NCBI GenBank assembly: GCA_951406725.2 | Contig: OX597817.1 | Span: forward strand, 1,426,001 to 1,490,000 | Direction of reading: 5' to 3' | DNA from: Octopus vulgaris | Taxonomy: Eukaryota | DNA length: 64,000 nt | Shown: positions 54,460 to 64,000 of the stretch, in pieces | Layout: every line of letters starts with the position of its first letter | How positions within the stretch are numbered: position 1 is the stretch's first letter | The notes under the pieces: model-generated | The model's database searches: none | Told to the model about the DNA's origin: nothing | What the model saw: only the letters and a program-made list of their open reading frames with translations | Position numbers and translations under genes: made by a program

Positions 54460-54709
54460 AATGCACCGTTTTTTAAAGCCTAACCAAGCTCATGGGCCCG
54501 GTTTCCCGGTTTCAATACCAAATGTGTTCCCCAACTGGACAGGACGCCAGTCCATCGCAGCATCACTCATTTTTGCCAGCTTAGTGGACGGGAGCAATGT
54601 GAAATGAAGTGTTTGCTCAAGAACAGAGCGCGTCGCCCGGTCCAGGAATCGAAACCACAATCTCACGATCCTGATGCTGACACCCTAACCACTAAGCCAC
54701 GCGCCTCCA
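54460..54709 (-). mobile_element. tRNA-derived SINE (family C-related head, different tail)
   Basis: Minus strand begins GGAGGCGCGTGGCTTAGTGGTTAGG...GGTTTCGATTCC. Confidence 0.8.
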
Positions 54710-54712
54710 TAC

Positions 54713-54796
<84 letters not shown>

Positions 54797-55186
54797 GAGC
54801 CTGTGTATTAATCTATCGACTCATGAATGTTCATACGTGTGATATACATATGTAAAAGGAGTGAAAGATAGAAGGAGGGAAAAGAGAATGAGAGAGAGAA
54901 AGAGAGAGCGAGGGGAAAGAGAGAGTGAGAGAGAGAGAGAGAGTTTGATATATGATCGTATTCATCTTCAGTTTCTATAAAAACATAGTAATCACCTTTT
55001 AAATCAAAAGTTTCGAGTTTCTGGTATTTGCTATTCGCGAATCTTACTACGAATCTGATGCCATGTGTACATAACATACATACGTAGAAATAGACACACA
55101 CACACACATACACACACGCACACCTCACACACACACACATACGTATACAAATGTATGTATGTATGTGTGTATGTAAGTGTATGTGT

Positions 55187-55510
55187 GAAGGTGCGTGGCT
55201 AAGTGGTTAGGGTATTCACTTCAAGGTTGTAAGGCCGTGAGTTTGATAACCAGCAGCGGGTTGCGTACTTGAATAAGACACTTATTTCACTTTCCTCCTG
55301 TCCACTCAGCTCGCATAAATGTGTAGCATCTGTATTTCAAAGGAGCCAACCCCGTCACATTCTGTATCACATGAATCTCCGTGAGGACTACATTAAGAGT
55401 AAGCGTGTCTGTGGAGTGCTCGGCCATTTGTACGTTAATAATATGAGCGGGCTGTTCCATCGATCGGCTCAACTGGAACCCTCGTCGTCGTAACCGACGG
55501 AGAGCCAGTT
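55187..55510 (+). mobile_element. tRNA-derived SINE family C
   Basis: Head GAAGGTGCGTGGCTAAGTGGTTAGG; homologous to 58841-59142 and 62686-62997. Confidence 0.85.
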
Positions 55511-55804
55511 ATAAATGAGTGTATGTACTTCAGAGTATAAAAGTGTATGTGTGTTTGTGTGTCTGTGTTGTTGTTCGTCTATTTGTGGCTAGCATCACAA
55601 CTGTACGTACTCCATACTCCGCGTGATAAATGATCTATCTCCGCCATAATACACATCCTAGGTCATTAATTTTAATTAGACCGACTAATTAGTTAATTAA
55701 TTTTAGTTTCTATTTCACTTGCTATCCTGTTAATTACTACGCCTAAGCTGTGTCAAATGTTGTGTGATTGAGTGATATATTGCTTTTATTAGTTGGACTT
55801 CAGA

Positions 55805-55890
<86 letters not shown>
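55805..55890. repeat. (AAT)n microsatellite
   Basis: Seen directly. Confidence 0.95.
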
Positions 55891-55891
<1 letters not shown>

Positions 55892-56254
55892 CGCATCAAG
55901 AACGACAATAACAGCGTCCTCTGCCTTCTCCCCCCTCATTATCATAGTCATCATGAACAACAACAACCATAATGATCGTTTCTCTATAAGCCATAGATGA
56001 TGTTGATAATGATGATGATGATGGCGATAAAGGAATTAATTTTAATGAGAATGATGCTACTTTTATTACATCTACTATTACTAATAGGCAATAATAATGA
56101 GCTTCCACATTGGTTCAAGTATTATGGCAGTAAGATATCTAGTTTTGCACTCTACTGTTTCTGCCACTACATTGGTCTGTTGATGATGATGATGATGATG
56201 ATAATGATGATAATGCTGATAATGAAGGTTGGTGGTAGTGGTGATGATGATGAT

Positions 56255-56285
<31 letters not shown>

Positions 56286-56334
56286 ACGAGAAGGTGGAGG
56301 AGAAAGACAAGAACTGATATATATATAAAATTTG

Positions 56335-56910
56335 GGGCAATTTTAGTCGATGAAATCGGCTTCACTGCTTCACTGCTTCACTATCTCTTATTTTATTGCT
56401 ATAAAGTCGACCTCAGCAGGATTTGAACACGCAGTGTAAACGGTCATAACTAAATACCCGAAGGAATTTTGCCAGAGGCTCTTCTGATTCTGTCAGTCAC
56501 CGTAACTGACAAATGAGTTATGGTGTTGTACCAGTAACACTCTTACGTTCTGAGTTCAAAACATGCCACGGTCAACTTTGCCTTTCATTCTTCCGTGATC
56601 AATGAAAATAAGGTCCCAATCAATCCTGGGGGATCAATTTAATCAGTGACTTCTCTTTCCTCTAAAATGTGCGACATTTCGTCTGTATTAGAAATAATTA
56701 TTATAACAGCGTAGGCGAGTGGAAAAAAATCAGTAAGTCAGCGGACAAAATATCGTGCAGTTCTGTGTTCGAATCTCGGCAAGGTCCACTTTATCTTTTA
56801 CCGTTCTAATTGTATGGGATCAATAAAATAAATTTTAGGCGTGTTCTGTAGTCAATCTAATTTCCTATACACTCTTTCAAAAAATCTGTTTTCCGTACCA
56901 CGGGTAGAAG
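56335..56910. mobile_element. Cluster of degenerate SINE family A copies on both strands
   Basis: Partial matches to 53902-54117 at about 56335-56480 (-), 56540-56700 (+) and 56710-56910 (+). Confidence 0.6.
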
Positions 56911-57634
56911 TCATGGAATTTGAATTAAATTACTCAAGAGTATAAAACCTATAGTTATATCCAGTGGACATAGGTCAGAATTTTAATTTACTCGCTAGAA
57001 AATTTGATCGCCATTCATTAAGATTCATATTGAATTAAAATTATTAACGATAACAAGTCACAACAACAACAACCACAACAACAATCACAACGACAACGAT
57101 AACCACAGCAACAAACACTTTAAACAGAGGATTTCATATGTTTAGAGAAGAGTAAAGTTGATTACATTATCGTTCCTGTGTCATTTATGCAACCGAGTGA
57201 ATGACTCCAATGATGTTGAAGTAAAGTTTTTACTCCCGCCTAAACTATTCTATTTATTTTTTACACTCTGATGAATGGAGAAACTACAGCCCATTACTAC
57301 ACAACCCATTTGAAACTAACCATTGTACGCCCAAGCCAGTGATGGAGCCTGCTAGAAATAGCATCAACCTGCTAGAAATAGCAATTAGATATCCCTTAAT
57401 TTGTTCATCGACATATTAGAAGAGGGAATATTGGATAATGTGTTATCCTGCATTCCTTGCGCTTAAGGAAAATGGGATTGTTAAGACTGAAATACTTTTC
57501 AATAGGAGTCTACTCCATAGAGGCTGACTGATTGTGATCGTTGCTTTGGGGCTGGTACCAAGCAGCAATCACAGCACATTAGGTTTTGCGTCACAGTCCT
57601 CAACTGGACAACGGAGTGACTAGTTGAGAATAAT

Positions 57635-57853
57635 AATGGTTTCACATTTTGGCAGATGATCAGCAATTTCGGTGGAGGGAGCAAGTAGATTATATCGACC
57701 TCCACTTTTCAGCTGGTAACTATTTTATCGATTCCGAAAGGAATAAAAAGCAAATCGACTTCGGTGAAATTCGAAATCAGAACATGAAGACAGACGAAAT
57801 GCCGCTCAGCATTTCGCCCAGCGTGCTAACGATTCTGCCAGCTCGCTTCCTTG
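57635..57853 (-). mobile_element. SINE family A
   Basis: Reverse complement aligns with 53902-54117. Confidence 0.8.
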
Positions 57854-58444
57854 GCGGCACTAATAACAATGATAGTTAAAACACACAACCCTCACCAAGT
57901 ACCTTTAAATGTTTACTGCATTTCTTATATAGGTCATATATTATTTTACTCTTTTTTCTGGTTTCCGTCACTGAACTGCATTCATGCAAGAGGATCGTGT
58001 CGAAGTGTTTAGTCGATCAAATCGACTCTCGGTACTTATTTTGAAGTGTGGTGCTTATTCTATCTTTCTCTTTAGCCGAACCGGAATATTATTTATTATA
58101 TGGTATGATATAATGTGACTGATACCTTCTGTGGTAGGACTAGTGTATAAAGGAGAGTTACTACAAGTTTACGTAATCTATATAGAAAAATACCGATTTC
58201 TTTTTGGTTATGAGGCCATATAATTATCATAACTGACCCTTACCCTGCAAATTGTATAAGCAGTGGGCGAGTTTTCCCCCGTCAGTGATTTATATACATT
58301 AGCTCGTACGCTTTGTTGTTGGTTCCATTAAATTGTCCCCTAAAATTTCAGTATCTTCGTCACACAACAAATGAATGTATATGTACACACGCACATACAT
58401 TTATACATATGTAAAGAGTTATAGATATATAAAATATCTCATAA

Positions 58445-58642
58445 TGATCCTTTCTAGTTAAGACACAAAGAAGCCTGAAAACTTGGGAGACCCCAGTGTT
58501 TCATTGATTCTTAATTTATCGACTCCAAAAGGATAAAAGGCAAAGTCGACCTGGACGGAATTTGACCTCAGAACGTAAAGACAGACGAAATGCCGCAAAG
58601 CAGTTTGCTCGGCGCACTAACGATTCTGCCAGCTCACCACCT
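58445..58642 (-). mobile_element. SINE family A
   Basis: Reverse complement aligns with 53902-54117. Confidence 0.8.
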
Positions 58643-58840
58643 TATATCTCATAATAACAATCGACATTATTCAAATGATGCAGTTATGGGGATGCACAAC
58701 CTTTTCCCAACAATTGTTGTCATAATCAAAAGTGAACCTCAAAATCGGGTGATTAACTGTAGCTATCGGTGTGGTTTACATGTCGATACCTAGCTAGAAT
58801 CTGAACTCAGAGTGAAAACAACCAGAGTAATAATAAAAAA

Positions 58841-59142
58841 ACTGGCACTGCATCGGTGACGACGACGACGAGGGTTCCAGTTCATCCGATCAATGGGACA
58901 GCCAGCTCGTGAAGTTTACGTGCAAGTGGCTGAGCACCCTTAATGTATTTCTCAGGGAGATTGAGTATGACATAGACTAAGACAAGGCTGACCCTTTGTG
59001 TCACAAGTACAACTCATTATTGCCAGCTGAGTGGACTAAAGAAACGTCAAATAAAACGTCTTGCTCAAGGACACAACGAGACGCCACGAAACGAAATCCC
59101 GACCTGACGATCGTAAGCCGAATAACTATACCAAGCGCCTTC
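58841..59142 (-). mobile_element. SINE family C
   Basis: Reverse complement aligns with 55187-55510. Confidence 0.8.
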
Positions 59143-59361
59143 AAAACAACCAGAATAAATGCTGAAAGGCACCACAGACAACGATGTAACTAACAGCTCT
59201 GTCAAATTTCTCACTTCCGCCGAGTACTTTATTTATCGAAGTAAGAAGATAAAAGACAAAGATAAGCAAGTTTTGATTTGGACTCTTTGCAACCGAGACA
59301 CGGAACAATTATCGCAATTCATTTTGTGATGCTCTAAGCGTTTGGCCACTTCATCACCAGG

Positions 59362-59770
59362 TATGTATGTATGTATGTATGTATGTATGTATGTATGTAT
59401 GTATGTATGTATGTATGTATGTATGTATGTACGTACGTACGTACGTATGTATGTACGTATGAATGTATGTATGAATGTATGTATGTATGTATGTATGTAT
59501 GTACGTACGTACGTACGTATATATGTATGTATGTACGTAATTATGTTTGTATGTATGTATGTATGTATGTATGTATGTATGTACGTACGTATGTATGTAT
59601 GTATTTATGTATGTATGTATGTATGTATGTATGTATGTATGTATTTATGTATGTATGTATGTATGTATGTATGTATGTATGTATGTATGTATGTATGTTT
59701 GTATGTATGTATGTTTGTATGTATGTATGTATGTAATTCTGTATGTATGCATGTTTATGCATGTATGTAT
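59362..59770. repeat. Long (TATG)n microsatellite with (TACG) variants
   Basis: Seen directly. Confidence 0.95.
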
Positions 59771-60000
59771 ATTTACATGTGTATGTGTACGCGAGAGTTT
59801 ATAAGTGTATGTATGTGTGTATAGGAGTGTTTTTATCTATGAAGGTCATGCAATCACATTCAGGTATCTCTATTTATACTTATAAACTTTGAAAACAAAA
59901 AAAGAAACAGGAAAATAAACAAATAAATAAAGATATTAATGTAAACGACAGGGAAAGCTAATGATATTGGAAAGCATTCTGAGAAACAGAATGAGAATCG

Positions 60001-60016
60001 ACTTCCGGTGACGTCA
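60001..60016. promoter_or_regulatory. Adjacent ETS (ACTTCCGG) and CRE (TGACGTCA) motifs
   Basis: ACTTCCGGTGACGTCA in unique-looking sequence; motif match only. Confidence 0.3.
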
Positions 60017-60146
60017 TTCAATTAAGATTGATTGATGCAGACAGTGGGATGTGAAATGGGAATTGGAGACAAATCCCTTATTAAAATTTACAGACAGTTG
60101 CCAGCAGCTTTTTTGCATTAGACATATTAGTATCATGTGTCAGATT

Positions 60147-60352
<206 letters not shown>

Positions 60353-62685
60353 TTGATTTATTGACTGATAGATGTAAAGGTAAACAGATATCATGTGTGT
60401 GCATATGTATACCTATATTTCTTTATATGTATGTATTATGTATCTATCTGTGTGTATGTAGGTAGGTAGTTGAATTTCCTTGACTTTTTCTTTCTTTCTG
60501 TGTGTGTATGTATGTGTTTGAGAAAGAGAGAGAGGGGGAGAGAGGGGGGAGGAATTAGAAAAATATGCAGAAATAGCGAGATAACGAAATGATAGAATAG
60601 AGGAGATGAAAAAATTAAGAAATTTTGTGATATGAGAATAAATGAAATTACAAAGATTGAGAGACAAGATGGATAAGGCATCTCAGAGCGTATATTAGGG
60701 ATACGTATTTAAGATCGTTTCAACTTGATTGTAATAATGATGTAGATAATGAGGAAAAGGAAGGTGGGATGAAGAACAAATAAGGAAAGAAAAATGATGA
60801 TGATGATGACGCGTGATAATTCAAGATACTTTGAAGATGGATATTCTCACAGTAGCAGCAGTGAATTGGCAGAATCATTTCGGCATCGGATGCAACACCC
60901 TGTGGTACTTATTCCGGCTCTGTTTGGTCTAAATTCAAATTTCGCCAATGTCTTTCATCTTTTCAGGATTGATAAGTAAAGTACACGTCTAAGGAGCAAT
61001 AGAATTTCAACCATGTTTCATGGTCTGCTACTACAGCAGCTCCCTTAAAGGATCCAGTTAGCTCAAGACATCATCAGGAGGAACCACGTCCGGTTTCGGC
61101 TCCTACTCCTATATCGTTTTGACGTGGCGCCCCCCCCCCTTTCGGAGGTATCTTCAGCTCTTTCTCCTTCTTTTTTTCTGTTCCCTGACCTCTTCGATGT
61201 AGCGTCAACGAGTGTCAGCGGGCGACTGACTGTCTTGAACAAATTTCCCTTTAAAGACCCGCTGGTAGGCTCCAGCACGCATCCCCAGCAAGTTGTCATG
61301 TGACACTGTCTAAACTTGTGCAGTAGATGCTTTCCAAACAGAATTGTAACTTGTACGTTAAGAGAAACGATTTAAAACGAAAATAAATTATGAGTATGAC
61401 GAATGCAGTTCGCGCCCAAAACATGATTAAACACTTTTGCGCAGTGGTCCTTACCGTAGAGTGTTCGGACAAATTTATGTTCTTTGTGTTTATTGGCGGG
61501 TTTTTGTAGCAGGCTATATAAAAGAGGTTGTTTGTATCTCCTTTAAACACATATCTTGGAGATAAGGGACGCTGGAAGTGGTTTCATACGATGATCTTAC
61601 AGTACAGTGTAGTCAGTTCAGAGAGGATGTAAGAGAAAAAGGAAGTGGGAGATCGAAGAGAATTATCGATGCCAATATTTGATTAGTGTATGAATATGTT
61701 CGTGCCGCTGACTGTGAAGGTTGGCGTTTTAGTGTGCACTGAGCAAGAGTCTCCTTTGAAGAGAGAAGGGAGAAAAATGAGGGAAACTACTGCCAGCCCT
61801 GATCTTGCTTACCTTCTCATGCAACCTCTGCAGTTGTACCTGTTTGTGGTTTCGTTTGGCACCAGCAAACGTGCGACATACGTGGACATACCCTCCGTAA
61901 ATGTTTGCTCGTGAAGCCTAGTCAATATGCGTATATCTGTGTGTGTATTTACATATATAATGTTTATACATATACAGATATAGAGAGAGTGTATATTATG
62001 AATACACTCTCAATAAAATATATATGTGAATAATTGCTAGAATATATAAAAATATGTGTCAGTTTCAATGCATGTATGGTGTGAAATGGTTTTGATGCTT
62101 GGATACGTGAGAGTGTTAGATATACATATCTTCCTCTCTTCTGCATATATCTAAGAAAGCTAAGTATTTTTCGATATTGCGATCTGATATTGATAGAGCG
62201 CATGACATTATTTTCAGATTATAAACTTACTTCATTCCAATATATTTATCTTGTATATCTACAGTCTTCTTAACAATCTACAAAGATCAATGAGAAACGA
62301 TAAGATTTAGCTCGAAGATATTTCTAAAATCAACACATTTCTCTTCAGGAGAATTAACCAACTTAAAAAGGGACTCGTAGCAGCTCACTCAGACCGTCAG
62401 AAGTGGCAGCCAAATTATACCCAACCGTTGTTAAAAAGGGACACAGAATAAGGAACTTTTTTGGAGAATTTCAAGAAAACAGAATAATTATTCCTGGAAC
62501 TCTTTTATCGTAAGTTAAGAAGTTGCTTCACATCGACGGGGTTTTGGGTTCAAGCAAGTGATTTCAGCAATATTCTCGGATTAGCTGACACCTTGTGAGT
62601 GAAATTTAATAGATGGAAACTGCTTGGAAGCTCGCTGGAGATTTTGTTTAGAGTAGACCTACAACGAACCCCGGTTTATAATTTT

Positions 62686-62997
62686 TGGCACTCCATTGGT
62701 TATGACGGTAAGTGATCCAGTTGATCCTATCAACGGAACAGCTTGCTCGTGAAATTAACTTGCAAGTGGCTGAATATTCCACAGACACGCGTACTCTTAA
62801 CGTAGTTCACAGGGACTTTTAGTGTGACACAGAAAAGGCTGGTCCTTTGAAATGCAGGTTCAACTCATGTTTGCCAACTGAGTGGAGCAACATGAAATAT
62901 AGTGTCTTGCTGAAGGGCTCAACGCACCGACGGGAATCGAAATCACGACCTTACGAATGCGAACCAAATACCCCTAACCATTAAGCCACGCACCTTC
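62686..62997 (-). mobile_element. SINE family C
   Basis: Reverse complement aligns with 55187-55510. Confidence 0.85.
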
Positions 62998-63515
62998 ACC
63001 CGACTTATGTTACCATCTGGATACTTAAAGTTTCTTCTCTGTTGCAAGTATTCGAGCTATATCGCCAATGTGGCAGTACCTTCCCCAATACTCCCACCAT
63101 TTTTAAAAGCTTTATCCTACCTCTTCCGGACTCCAGTATCTGACTGGTACTTGATTTATCACCCCGAAGGAAGAAGTCTTTGTTACATATTCCTGCACAC
63201 AAAAATCTCAAAACCAACGGTGGTTTCATAATGGTATTCGCATTGCTACTGCCTCAGTAAAACAGGAATGAGGAGCAACTTCGAAATTCTGCATTTAAGA
63301 ATATCTGTGTTTGAAAATATTGATTCTGTCTTCTTTCAATCACATTTATTGATTCTGTCTTCCTTCAATCACATGTACTCAGACATTAAAAAAATAGACG
63401 CCACGCATTATACTGTTTTATCCGTGCGGGTACGGCACGTTGAATTATTAAAATTTATACAAGCCATATCTACTGAATACTCGCAAAATAATTTTGAAAA
63501 ATGATGGTAGTCATA

Positions 63516-63933
63516 GGCGTAGGAGTGGCTGTGTGGTAAGTAGCTTGCTTATGAACCACATGGTTCCGGGTTCAGTCCCACTGCTTGGCACCTTCGGCAA
63601 GTGTCTACTACTGTAGCCACGGGCCGACCAAAGCCTTGTGAGTGGATTTGGTAGACAGAAACTGAAATAAGCCCGTCGTATATATGTATGTCTGTGTGTG
63701 TGTATGTGTGTGAATATGTTTGCGTGTCAGCGTCTGTACCCCCAGCATCGCTTGACAACCGATGCTGGTGTGTTTAGGTCCCCGTAACTTAGCGGTTCAG
63801 CAAAAGTGACCGATAGAATAAGTACTAGACTTACAAAGAATAAGTCCCGGGGTCTATTTGCTCGACTAAAGGCGGTGCTTCAGCATGGCCACAGTCACGT
63901 GACTGAAACAAGTAAAAGAGTAAAGAGTAAAGA
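63516..63933 (+). mobile_element. Full-length tRNA-derived SINE family B with internal (TA/TG) microsatellite
   Basis: A-box-like TGGCTGTGTGG, B-box-like GGTTCAGTCCC, internal simple repeat, (AAAGAGT)n-like tail; at least 7 partial homologs in this window. Confidence 0.9.
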
Positions 63934-64000
63934 TTAGTTATTTACTTTGAAGTTGTTTGTTTATATGCATACATTTATTCATATATACGAAATGCAGCGC

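Noticed and set aside
59342-59824. MYVC-repeat ORFs
   Set aside because: (TATG)n microsatellite artefacts
62311-62351. Minus-strand CUC-CUGAAGA...GAAA...UC-GAG hammerhead-like pattern
   Set aside because: Only a 3-bp stem I, AU-only stem II, no convincing stem III and no PLE context
63516-63590. tRNA-like sequences with A/B boxes (also at 53902, 55187 and others)
   Set aside because: They are SINE heads continuing into shared SINE bodies, not stand-alone tRNA genes

Overview
AT-rich, microsatellite-saturated eukaryotic intronic/intergenic DNA. The tRNA-derived SINE families resemble those I recall from Octopus genomes (inference, not searched). No intact host protein-coding gene is visible, and most ORF-track entries are simple-repeat translations. 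The window holds decayed mobile elements: R4/Dong-clade LINE pieces in (TAA)n, CR1-like and RTE LINE pieces, several Penelope-like elements (PLEs; RT and GIY-YIG remnants), mariner, Tc1 and DD37D/maT remnants, MITE/foldback elements and at least three SINE families. The main hidden signal is a set of type I hammerhead-ribozyme motifs in PLE termini and in short modules sitting in (TA)n or other simple repeats. The best case is a young 5'-truncated PLE with a near-perfect 220-bp inverted terminal copy (one hammerhead on each strand), nested inside a SINE's internal microsatellite. An unexplained GC-rich structured hairpin island lies at about 24.0-24.2 kb. All folds and alignments were done by eye.
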